From positions 2,528,001-2,592,000 of the forward strand of contig OZ241892.1 in the NCBI GenBank assembly GCA_965203485.1: a DNA stretch of 64,000 nucleotides. Direction: 5' to 3'. The translations under genes were made by a program, and so were the position numbers. Below the pieces are notes generated by a model, which was given only the letters and a program-made list of their open reading frames with translations, ran no database searches and was not told where the DNA came from. The stretch's first letter is position 1. Each line of letters opens with the position of its first letter. Of the stretch, positions 32,311 through 42,000 are shown one piece after another. The stretch is from Longimicrobiales bacterium (GTDB lineage Bacteria > Gemmatimonadota > Gemmatimonadetes > Longimicrobiales > Gaopeijiaceae).

Positions 32311-33041
32311 ATCCTGCGCTCCAATTCGGCTTCCAAGTCTCGCCAGTCGGCAGACCCTTCGGGATCGAGCGCGTCCAGCCGTTCCGCGACTCCGCCCGCC
32401 AGCACGAAGACGCAGTCGGCCAGCCGCGCCACCTCGGCTACGCGGTGGCTGGCGAACAGCACCGTTGCGCCCCGGTCTCGCGCGGCCCGCATTTCCTGCC
32501 GCACGGCCTTGCAGGCCGGAAGGTCCAGGCCGGCGAAGGGCTCGTCCAGCACCAACAGCTTCGGATCGCCGACCAGCGCGCACACGAAGGCAATGCGCCG
32601 CCGCGTGCCCATCGAGCACTTGCTTTCGCGCTTCGCCAGAGAGGCTCCGTCCAGGCCCGTCCGGATCACGGCGCGTCGGAATTCCGCTTCTCGTTCCTCC
32701 GGAGCGACCGCCAAGTCCACGTTGCGCTCCAGCAAGTCGCGTCCCGTCCATCCCCGCGGCAAGGAAGCCGTTTCCGGCAGATACCCGACCCCGCGCGCGC
32801 GACGGTAGGCGCCCGGGGACAAGCCGCCCACGACGCATCCGCCCGCGTCGGGGCGCAGGAACCCCAGCACGGACAGGAACAGCGTGGTCTTGCCGACCCC
32901 GTTGCGGCCCACGACGGCCGTGATCTCGCCCGGCTTCGCCGTCATGCCGACGCCCCGCAACACGGCGGCGCGGCGAAGGAAGACGCGGTAGGAGACGACG
33001 AGCCCGTCCGCCCGCACGACGGGCGCGACGCCGGAGGACAT
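32307..33041 (-). CDS. ABC transporter ATP-binding protein
   Basis: Walker A GRNGVGKTT, signature-like CSMGT, Walker B LLVLDEP, H-loop 'ASH'. Confidence 0.9.
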   Translation of the reverse strand: MSSGVAPVVRADGLVVSYRVFLRRAAVLRGVGMTAKPGEITAVVGRNGVGKTTLFLSVLGFLRPDAGGCVVGGLSPGAYRRARGVGYLPETASLPRGWTGRDLLERNVDLAVAPEEREAEFRRAVIRTGLDGASLAKRESKCSMGTRRRIAFVCALVGDPKLLVLDEPFAGLDLPACKAVRQEMRAARDRGATVLFASHRVAEVARLADCVFVLAGGVAERLDALDPEGSADWRDLEAELERRI

Positions 33042-33046
33042 GACGG

Positions 33047-34165
33047 TCAGCGCAGAGGGTACAAGGCGATTCGAACCCCCTCTACCTCGTCCCAGGCGGC
33101 CAGGGCCGTGCCGTCGGCAACGAAGAGCCATGGAGCCGCGGGCACGCCGGGGAAGGTTTCAGCTCCGACTTCTCCGCCTCGCGCCGCCAAGTGCGACCCC
33201 TCCTCCCGGAGGACCCGGTACAAGAGCCGTTCGTCGTCCCAAAACACGCGATCGAACGGCGGAAAGCTGTCGGGCACGCGGAACTTCACGGGCGAGCCGC
33301 GACGCTCGAGGGCCGCCTCCAGCTCTCGCTTCTTGCCGGCCGGCAACGGCGTCCGCACGAGCCACTCGTGACAAGCGCGGTCCAGTTGCGCGCCGTCCAG
33401 GTCGTGGATGCCCAAGCAGTCGTCCTGCGCGTCGCCGAAGACGAAGCCGCGAGGGTGGTCGCTCAGCACGTAGGTCGCGCCGAAGTCCAAGATCGGTCGG
33501 GTTCCCGCATCCGGACTTCGACGAACCACCAGCCGCGAGGGTCCGTCGCCCACCGCCACGACCTGATGCTCGACAGACCGCCCGGAGACGCACTCGACAA
33601 GGAGCAGGAACGTCGTCTCCCCAGCCGCTACGTCCACGGGCCGGGCCACTTGGCAACCGGGGGCTTCGATCGGCCTGTAGTCTCGGTAGTGGCCGTCCAG
33701 TCCATATAGGTGTATCCTCCCCCGCCCTGCGTCAGCCACCGCCACGGCGCCGCGGCCGACCGCAATCGCCACGGGACGGAGCAGCTCGCCCGGCCCCCCC
33801 TCTCCTGCGGGTCCGAAGTTGCCCAGCCACGCCCCCCCGGCGTCCAGCGTGTGCACCGCCGGCATTGCTTGGTCCAGCACGTACCAGACGCCGTTGCCGA
33901 CCGCGACATCTCGGACGGATGCAATCTCGGCGTAGAGCTTGGCATGTTCTGGCGCCGCCGCAATGGAAGAGCCCCCGGGGGAAGCTGTAGCGTCAGAGAC
34001 ACCGGAGTCGGGTGGCGCCAAGCGTCCACTTCGGTGGGACGCGATCGTCACCGCGCTCCACGCCGCGACAGCAATCGTGGCGGCGAAAGCAAGCCAAAAA
34101 AAGACCGCCCGGCCTACTCGCCGATTCGACGCCGGGCCGACTTGGCTCGGCGGATCGCATCCCAC
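33047..34165 (-). CDS. Membrane-anchored 6-bladed beta-propeller (NHL-like) protein
   Basis: N-terminal TM; 'WYVLD', 'FGPAGEGGPGELLRP', 'VADAGRGRIHLY'. Confidence 0.75.
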   Translation of the reverse strand: MGCDPPSQVGPASNRRVGRAVFFWLAFAATIAVAAWSAVTIASHRSGRLAPPDSGVSDATASPGGSSIAAAPEHAKLYAEIASVRDVAVGNGVWYVLDQAMPAVHTLDAGGAWLGNFGPAGEGGPGELLRPVAIAVGRGAVAVADAGRGRIHLYGLDGHYRDYRPIEAPGCQVARPVDVAAGETTFLLLVECVSGRSVEHQVVAVGDGPSRLVVRRSPDAGTRPILDFGATYVLSDHPRGFVFGDAQDDCLGIHDLDGAQLDRACHEWLVRTPLPAGKKRELEAALERRGSPVKFRVPDSFPPFDRVFWDDERLLYRVLREEGSHLAARGGEVGAETFPGVPAAPWLFVADGTALAAWDEVEGVRIALYPLR

Positions 34166-34167
34166 GG

Positions 34168-34527
34168 TTAGCTGGGCAGGAGATCAAAGAAATATTGGGC
34201 CGCGCAAGCCATGGCGTCAACGGCGGCAAACGTTCTGCACGCCTGGCGATCAAGCCAATTCCAGAAGCCAGAGCCAGAATTGGCGGCCAAGCATTGATTC
34301 AGCGCGTCGCCAACGTTGTCCAAACACATCATGTACTCCTCGGAATTCGTGCACTCTCGCGGAGCTCCGTTCGAGTCTGTACAATCCTGCGCCCGGGCCT
34401 CGAAGAGCGTCGGTTTGGCCGCCTCCGGGGAGCCAGCCAAGCTTGTGACAACAGGCGCGACCATAAGGGCCACGCTTGCCGAGAAGATGCTCGCAACGGC
34501 AATCAGTACGATTCGGCCGTTCTTCAT
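34168..34527 (-). CDS. Small secreted cysteine-rich protein (119 aa, 6 Cys)
   Basis: SD AAGGA; signal peptide MKNGRIVLIAVASIFSASVALMVA; Cys spacing CX9CX8CX10CX17CX10C. Confidence 0.75.
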   Translation of the reverse strand: MKNGRIVLIAVASIFSASVALMVAPVVTSLAGSPEAAKPTLFEARAQDCTDSNGAPRECTNSEEYMMCLDNVGDALNQCLAANSGSGFWNWLDRQACRTFAAVDAMACAAQYFFDLLPS

Positions 34528-34953
34528 TGGTTGCTATCCTTGATTGACGGTGCTTGGGCGTGGGAACGGCGTTGAACCCGAATCTTAACGCGATGCCTCG
34601 CGTCAGTCTCTCGCGCGTGGCGCTCGATCCGCTCTGCGATCAGGCGACGGGCGATTCGCGGATCGGACTTGAGCAGTGGGCCACGAATGGCCGCAAGTCC
34701 AGCTCCGGGCAAGGTTGCCAGCTCGCCGGGGACCATACGCGCGTACCAGGCGGAGGCACCAGGGGCGAAGCCCGGAGCCCCGCCCCTACCGCCCGCGTCC
34801 ACCTTGACCCAGACTTAAGGACGGTTCCAGCCGTCAAGCGATCGGGGCTGCTCGGCCGGTGCCGCCACCGCTCCGCCGCGTCCGTCCACCCCGCGCGGGC
34901 GCGGGACCCGCCCGGCCGCGCGCCCAATCCGCAAACCGCGAAACGGACTATCC

Positions 34954-35808
34954 GTGTACCCGATCCTGTTCAGGCTTCCCGAATGGCTGCCGCTGGCCGG
35001 CGGCGCGCCGATCACGTCGTTCGGCGCCATGATGCTCATGTCCTTCGTCACGGCCGGCTGGGTGCTGCGCGCGGAGATGCGGCGGGGCGGCTTGAACGGA
35101 GACTGGGCCTGGGACCTCGTCTTCATGGCGGTCGTCGGGGGCGTCGTCGGGGCCAAGGCGTACTACGCGCTGCTCAACTTTCCCCAGCTTGCCGCCGACC
35201 CGTTCGGCACGATCTTCTCGCGCGGCGGCATGGTCTGGTACGGCGGCTTCCTGCTCGCCACCGTGCTCGTGGTGCGCAGAATCCGGCGGCTGCGCCTGCC
35301 GCTCGGCAAGGCGGCCGACGCCGCGGCGCCCGCGCTGGCGATCTCGTACGCCGTGGGCCGCGTGGGCTGCTTCCTGGTGGGCGACGACTACGGCCGGCCG
35401 ACCGACTCGTGGGTGGGCCTCGCCTTCCCGGAAGGCTCGCCGCCCACCCGGGCGAGCGTCCTGGAAAGCCAGTTCGGCATATCCGTGGACCCGGCGCTCG
35501 TCGAGAAGTACGGAGAGGTCGTGCCGGTTCATCCCACCCAGCTGTACGAGATCGGCCTCTCCACGCTGATCTTCGCGGCGCTCTGGAAGCTTCGCCGCCA
35601 CCGGCACGCCAGCGGCTGGCTGTTCACGACGTGGCTCGCCCTTGCCGGGGCCGAGCGCTTCGCGGTGGAGTTCTTTCGCGCCAAGGACGACCGCTTCTTC
35701 GGCGTCCTCACGCTGGCGCAGATCATCTCGCTTGCGCTGGTGGGCGTGGGCGCCGTCTGGGCCGCGACGTTGAGAAGAAGAGCGGGAGACGGCGCCGCGG
35801 CGGCGTGA
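34954..35808 (+). CDS. lgt: Prolipoprotein diacylglyceryl transferase
   Basis: 'GGMVWYGG', 'GRVGCFLVGDDYG', 'HPTQLYE', 'RFAVEFFR'. Confidence 0.93.
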   Translation: MYPILFRLPEWLPLAGGAPITSFGAMMLMSFVTAGWVLRAEMRRGGLNGDWAWDLVFMAVVGGVVGAKAYYALLNFPQLAADPFGTIFSRGGMVWYGGFLLATVLVVRRIRRLRLPLGKAADAAAPALAISYAVGRVGCFLVGDDYGRPTDSWVGLAFPEGSPPTRASVLESQFGISVDPALVEKYGEVVPVHPTQLYEIGLSTLIFAALWKLRRHRHASGWLFTTWLALAGAERFAVEFFRAKDDRFFGVLTLAQIISLALVGVGAVWAATLRRRAGDGAAAA

Positions 35809-36656
35809 TCGTCCTTCATCTCTCGGACGTCCACTTCGGCAAGCCTCACCGTCCCGCCGCCGCTTCCGCCGCGGTCCGCCTGGCCCGGCAGGAAAGGCCC
35901 GCCGCGGTCGTCGTCTCGGGCGACCTCACGCAACGCGCCAAGGCCGCCGAGTTCCGGGCCGCGAGCGGCTTCCTGGCGAGCTTCGCGCCGGCCCCCGTCG
36001 TGCTCGTGCCCGGCAACCACGACGTGCCGCTCTACCGGTTCTGGGAGCGGCTCCTCGCGCCGTGGGCCAGGTACCGTGCCGTGTCCGCCGTGCCGGACCC
36101 GCCGCGGCCTCCAGCTCCGGCCCGGGCGCGAGCGCCGCTCGACGCCGTGCTCGACGTCAAGGCGCCGGACGGCTCGCCCGGCGCGCGCTTCGTCGCGCTC
36201 AACTCGGCGGCTCCCCGCACCGCGATCGTCAACGGCCGCCTGACCCGTGCCCAGCTGCGCCTTGCCGACCAAGCGTTCGCCGAGGCTCCCAGCGGCGCCT
36301 GCCGCGTGCTCGTCGTCCACCACAACCTCCTCCGCGCCCAGCCCGCCGGCCCGCCGCCGATGCGGGGCGCGAGCCGCGTCTTGAGCCGTCTGCCCAAGTG
36401 GCGGGCCGATCTCGTGCTCTCCGGCCACGTTCACCGGACTTGGCTCGCAACCAGCGGTCACCAACCGGGCATCCCCCTCGTCCACGCCGGCACCGCGTCG
36501 TCGAGCCGGGGGCGCGATCCCGAAGCGCGAAGGAACTCGCTGAACTTGGTTCGCCTCCTCCGGTCCAGCATCGATGTCAAACCTTATCTTTTCTCCGAAG
36601 AAGACGGACGGTTCCTGCCGGCCGCGACCCGCCGCAGCTGGGGGCGTTCGGACTAG
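35805..36656 (+). CDS. Calcineurin-like metallophosphoesterase (CpdA-like)
   Basis: 'LSDVHFG', 'SGDLT', 'PGNHD', 'HHN', 'SGHVH'. Confidence 0.9.
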   Translation: MIVLHLSDVHFGKPHRPAAASAAVRLARQERPAAVVVSGDLTQRAKAAEFRAASGFLASFAPAPVVLVPGNHDVPLYRFWERLLAPWARYRAVSAVPDPPRPPAPARARAPLDAVLDVKAPDGSPGARFVALNSAAPRTAIVNGRLTRAQLRLADQAFAEAPSGACRVLVVHHNLLRAQPAGPPPMRGASRVLSRLPKWRADLVLSGHVHRTWLATSGHQPGIPLVHAGTASSSRGRDPEARRNSLNLVRLLRSSIDVKPYLFSEEDGRFLPAATRRSWGRSD

Positions 36657-36752
36657 GCAAGGCGGACCGGCACGGCCGGGCAACGGGGCGTGCTGACGGT
36701 TGCCCGTGGGCCGGCTCCGTCCCTCACGGCCGTCCGGACGACAGGAGGGTTC

Positions 36753-39074
36753 GTGGTGACCCATGCGCACGAGGAGAAGCGGAACGGCATGCGCGCGCCT
36801 CCGTGCCGCCTGCCGCGTTCGGCTTTCCGCGCAACCCGCCGGCTCGCCCCTTGGACCGCGGCAACGGCGGCGCTGGCGGCGGCGGCGCCCTCGGCCGCCC
36901 AATCCGGCCGCGAGGAGGTGAAGTCGGTCGCGTTCATCGGCAACGCGGCCTTCTCGGACGCCGAACTCGGGCGCGCCGTCTTCACGACCGCCTCCAAGTG
37001 TCCCCTGGTCCTCGCCGTCACCACGTGCGCCCTGGGACTGGACTGGGGCCGCGAGCGCTCCTACTACAGTCCCCGCGTCGTCGAGGACGACGTCGAGCGC
37101 CTCAAGCTGCTGTACCGGGGGCATGGATTTCGCGGCGTGGACGTGACGGCGGACGCCCGCCCGGACGAGGACGGCGCCGTGGCCGTCGCGTTTCGCGTGC
37201 GTGAAGGCGAGCCCTTCAGAATCGGCTCCATCAACTTCGCGGGCGATCCGGCTCCGCCCGAGCTCGGCATCGAATCCGGCTTGTCGGTGCGCCCGGGCGA
37301 TCCCCTCAGCTTCCTCCTGCTCAACCAGACCACCGACACGCTCACCCGCCGTCTCCGCAACTCGGGCTACGCGAGGGCCGTCGTGCTCCGGCGCTACCTC
37401 CTTCCCGCCGCCAGCGACACGGCGACCGTCACCTACGACGTCGAACTCGGCCCGCTCTCGACCTTTGGTCCCGTGGACGTGTCCGGCAACCGCCTCCTCG
37501 GCGACGACGTCATCCTGGACCGCCTGCCGTTTCGGGAAGGCCAGCTCTTCCAGGAGGAGCTGATCCAAGAGGGGCTTCGCAACCTGCACGAACTCGACAT
37601 CGTCTCGCGCGCCCGCATCGACCTGGACTCCGCTCGCCTGGCATCGGACTCGGTCGTGCCGATGCGCGTGTTCGTGGAGGAAGGCGACTTGCGCCGGGTG
37701 CGCGCAGGCGCGGGCTTCAACAACGCGGAGTGCTTCAACGTGGAGGGACGGTGGGCCAGCCGCAGCTTCCTGGGCGGCGGGCGGCGGTTGCAGACGCAGG
37801 CCCTGGTGTCCAACCTGCTCGCCGGGCCGCTCCGGGGCGCCAGGCTGTGCTCCGAGGCGGGCACGGGGCGATACGGCCGCGCGAACTGGCTCGTCAGGGC
37901 CGACTTCAGCCAGCCGTCCTTTCTTTCGCGGCGCACGAACCTGGTTGCCGGATTCTTCGCCGAGCGCCGCTCCCGAAAGAACCTCTTCGTCCGCGACGCG
38001 GTCGGCATGGACCTGGGCGTCACGCGCCCCGTGGGCGCCAATGCGTCGCTGGGCGTCCGGTTGCGCCCCGAAGTCAACCGGCTGGACGCCGCCGAGGCGA
38101 TTCTTTGCGCGGCGTTTCTCGCATGTCGCCCAGCCGACGTCCACGCGTTGTCGAGCCGGAACCTGCTGTCGCCGGCGGCCTTGTCGTTCAACCAGGACGC
38201 GACCGACGACCTGCTCAGCCCCCGCAACGGGTTCAGGGCGGCCGTGGAGCTCGAAGTCGCCGGCCGGGCCACGGGATCGGACTACGCCTACGTGCGCGCG
38301 TTCGCGGACGGGAGCATCTACAACGAGATCGACAGCCGCACGGTTCTGGCGCTGAGGCTCCGCGCGGGGCGCATTCGGTCCGGCGGCTTTCGGGGAGCGC
38401 TGTCCGCCGACGGCGTCCGATCCGAGATCGTGCCTTCGCAGAAGCGCTTCTACGGGGGCGGGGCCACGAGCGTCCGTGGGTTCGCGCAGAGCACGCTTGG
38501 ACCGCGGAGCCTGTCGGTGAGCGTCGAGGATCTGCTGCGGCGGCGCGACGGGGAGCCGACGTGCGCTCCGGCCGCTGTGCGCCAACTCACGTGCGACGGG
38601 TCTGCGCTGGCCGGCGCCGAAGTCTATCGCGTGCAGCCGGTCGGCGGCTTGGCCATCCTCGAGGCCAGCGCGGAGCTGCGCTTCGGCTCCAGCGGCCCGT
38701 TGAGCGGCGCGGCCTTCTTGGATCTCGGACAGGTGTGGCCCCGCCGGATGACGCTGGCGCAACTCGAGTTCACGCCCGGCCTGGGACTGCGGTACAACAC
38801 CCTGTTCGGGCCCGTGCGTCTGGACCTGGCCTACTCGTTCCGGGGCAAGGAGCCGCTCCAGGTGGTAACGTCGCAGATCCGTCCCTACGACCCCAGCGTC
38901 GACAGGGCGGACGACCGGATCAACATCGCCGAGTCGGCCCGGCCCGCCGAGTACATCGACTGGGTGGTCTCGCAGGACTTGGCCGTGCTGGGGCCGCGCG
39001 TCCCCTTCGGCGACGATCCCCGCTTCTCGCTACGCCGCTTTCGGGTGCACTTCTCCATCGGACAGGCGTTCTGA
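36753..39074 (+). CDS. tamA: TamA/BamA-family outer membrane protein (Omp85)
   Basis: POTRA-like repeats, 'RFYGGGATSVRGF', 'GLGLRYNTLFGPVRLD', C-terminal 'FSIGQAF'; precedes tamB. Confidence 0.85.
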   Translation: MVTHAHEEKRNGMRAPPCRLPRSAFRATRRLAPWTAATAALAAAAPSAAQSGREEVKSVAFIGNAAFSDAELGRAVFTTASKCPLVLAVTTCALGLDWGRERSYYSPRVVEDDVERLKLLYRGHGFRGVDVTADARPDEDGAVAVAFRVREGEPFRIGSINFAGDPAPPELGIESGLSVRPGDPLSFLLLNQTTDTLTRRLRNSGYARAVVLRRYLLPAASDTATVTYDVELGPLSTFGPVDVSGNRLLGDDVILDRLPFREGQLFQEELIQEGLRNLHELDIVSRARIDLDSARLASDSVVPMRVFVEEGDLRRVRAGAGFNNAECFNVEGRWASRSFLGGGRRLQTQALVSNLLAGPLRGARLCSEAGTGRYGRANWLVRADFSQPSFLSRRTNLVAGFFAERRSRKNLFVRDAVGMDLGVTRPVGANASLGVRLRPEVNRLDAAEAILCAAFLACRPADVHALSSRNLLSPAALSFNQDATDDLLSPRNGFRAAVELEVAGRATGSDYAYVRAFADGSIYNEIDSRTVLALRLRAGRIRSGGFRGALSADGVRSEIVPSQKRFYGGGATSVRGFAQSTLGPRSLSVSVEDLLRRRDGEPTCAPAAVRQLTCDGSALAGAEVYRVQPVGGLAILEASAELRFGSSGPLSGAAFLDLGQVWPRRMTLAQLEFTPGLGLRYNTLFGPVRLDLAYSFRGKEPLQVVTSQIRPYDPSVDRADDRINIAESARPAEYIDWVVSQDLAVLGPRVPFGDDPRFSLRRFRVHFSIGQAF

Positions 39075-39076
39075 CG

Positions 39077-42000
39077 ATGGGCCGCCCTCCGGTTGGACCG
39101 TTCCGCCGCGGGCTGCAGTGGCGCCCGCCGCGGTCATGGCGCCCCCGGCGCCGGGCACCCGGCGGGCTCTCGTCCAGCCGGGGCCCGCGGTGGCTGCGGC
39201 GATTCCTGGTCTGGGGCATCTCGGGCTTCGCCGTCGCAGCGGCCGTGGGCGTTGTCGCGGCCGTCGTGGTCAGCCGGACGGCCGCCGGCCGCGAGGCCGC
39301 CCTGGACTGGGCGCTCTCCACGCTGCGGCCATCCGTCAACGGCTCCGTCGCGTTCGAGTCGGTCGGCCCCGGCGGCCTGCTCGGCGGCGCCACGCTGCGG
39401 GGCGTGCGCGTGGAGGACCACCTCGGCCGGGCCGTCCTCACGGCGGACTCCGTGCGCGCGCGCTACTCGCTCTTCGACTTGCTGGGCGGCGGCCGCGCCA
39501 TCGCCGATCTGCGCCTGTGGTCGCCCGTGGCGACGATCCGGCCCGGCGTCGAGCGCCTCCTGGCCCGCAACGCGGACAGCACCGGGCCACACCCGCCCGG
39601 CTCCGCAGACAGTCGGCCCGACGAGGCCCCCCGCCCGCTCCTGCGCATCCGCGGCGTTCGCCTGCACGACGGCGCCGTGATCCTGGAGGGCCCAGAACGG
39701 CCGCCGCGCCGCATCGACGGCATCGAGGGCGACCTCGCTCGCGTGGACGTGTCGCCGGGAGAGGGGGTGCACTTGGCGGCCGAAGTCGCGGACGCCGCGC
39801 TTTCCTATCCGGCGCGCTCCGGCCGCATCGGCTTGGCGGCATTCCGGGGGTCCGCGACGATCGGGCGCGACGGCGTGAGCGTGGTCGCGAACGCCTTCCG
39901 GCTGGCGGGCTCGGAAGGCAGCGGGCGCGCGTTCGCCGAACGGGCGGGGGCCGGCTGGCGCTTCGACGTCGAGGCGAGCCTCTCGGAGCTGGCGCTTGCC
40001 GACCTGGCCTGGATCGACCCGCGCCTGGACCACGGAAGCGCGGCCGGCGACGTGCGCGTTGTCTGGGAGCCGGGCAGGCTGGCCGTCTCGACGCCCGGCT
40101 CCGTCGAGGTGGACCTCGGCGGCGGCGGCCGTCTGCGCCTCGGCGGCGAAGTGGTCCGGGACTCCTCCACGCGCTTTCGCGGCCTGCGCGTGGAAGCCCA
40201 AGCGCTGGCGTCCGCCGAAGTCGAACGGTGGACGGCGGCTCCCCTTCCCGTGGCGGGCGCCTTCTCCGGCGACATGCGCGTCGACGGCTCGCCCGCGCGC
40301 TTGGCGCTGGCCGGCACGGCCGCCCTCGCCGACCCTGCGGCCGGCGAGACGCTGGCGTCGGCGGCGGGAGCCGCCACCGTGCTGGGCCGCTTTGCCTTCG
40401 AGGACGCGGACGTTGAGCTGGACCCGTTCGACTACGGCCTGCTCCGTGCGGTCGCGCCGGGGGTGCGCTGGAGCGGGCGCGGGTCGGTCCACGTGCGCGC
40501 CGACGGCGACCTCCGCGAGGGCGTCGCGGTCGAGGTCTCTGCCGAGCACCGGTCGGCCTCGGCAGGCGACTCCAGCGTCGCAGTCGTCTCGGGCACGCTC
40601 TTCGGCGACACCGCCGTCGCCGTTCTGGACCTGGACGCCACGCTCGCCCCGCTCTCGCTGGCCGCGTTGCGGGACGCCCTGCCCGCCTGCCGGCCCTCCG
40701 GCGGCGATCCGCCAGCGCCGCTCGACGCCCCCGCTTCGACCGACGGCGACGATGCCGGCGCCGCCGCGCACGCTCCCCGCGCCGTTGCCGTCTCGGCCGC
40801 CACCCCCGCCGCGGACACCCCCGCCGCGGACATTTCGGAGGCGCCGGCCCAGGCTCCTGCCGAGGCTCCCGTCCGCTGCCGCCCCCGCTTCGACCTGGCC
40901 GGCGCGGTGCGCGGGTCGGTGTCGCTCGCGGGCCCGCTGGACCGTCTCGCCGTGTCGGTCTCCCTCGACACGCCCGGCGGCCCCGTCTCCGGCGAGGGCT
41001 CGGCCAATGCCCTCGACCTGTCCGACGGCTACGAGTTCGCGGCGTCCTTCGACGCCTTCCGGCTCTCGGACGTCGTGCCGTCGCTGCCCCAGCCCACAGT
41101 GGCGACCGGCTCGGTCCGCCTGTCCGGCCACGGTCTCGACCGCAACAGTCTTCGGGGCTCCGCGTCGGCCAGCGTGCGCTCCTCCACCGTCGGGCCGCTC
41201 GCGCTCGACTCCGCGGAAGCGTCCGCGTGGGTCGAGGACGGCGTCCTGCACATGCAGTCCCTCCTCGCCGCAACCGAGGGCCTGACGTTGGCGGGCCACG
41301 GCAGCTTGGGCCTGCGGGCGGACGCGCAGGGCGAAGGCTTGGCGTTGTCGCTGCGGTCGCCGTCGGTCCGCCCGCTGCGCTCCATCCTGATGGGACCGAA
41401 CTTGGTGGCGCGAGACGAGCTGACCGCGCTCGAACGCAGCATCCACGAGATGGACGGGGCCGATCCGGACACCTTCCCCACTGCCCGCGAAATTCGGTTG
41501 GACGGGGCGCTGGAAGGACGCGTCGATCTGCAGGGAGGACTGGAAGATCTCTCCATGCAGGTGTCTGCGTCCTTCGACGGGCCGGCGTACCGCTGGCATT
41601 CCGCGGCGGCCGCGTCCGTGGAGGCCGCCGTCAGCGGCATTCGGCTGCTCGGCCCGGACTCGGCGGCGGCGGGCCGCGACGACAGGGCCCAGGGCTCCGC
41701 CAACGCGGCGGCGGGCCCCGCGCGAACTGACGAGCAAGCCGCGCTCGCTGGCGGGCACGCGCCCGGTGGAACAAGCCGCTTCGCCGGAGTCGTCGTCGAG
41801 GGCACGTTCTCGGCGGACTCGCTCGTGCTGGGCGGCCGCGCCTTCGAATCCGCTCGCGTCGAGGGGAGCTACGAGTTCGCCGGGCGAGCGCAAGCCCGAA
41901 TCCGCGTTGCTCGCACCGAAGACGAGCGCTACGAGGCGGAGGGGGCGGCGAGTCTCGACGGCCCGCAGCGCAGCGTGACGCTCGACCGCCTGGAACTCGC

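Noticed and set aside
40790..40870. Short tandem repeats (ACCCCCGCCGCGGAC twice) in tamB
   Set aside because: They encode a Pro/Ala linker; no spacer structure and no cas genes, so not a CRISPR array.
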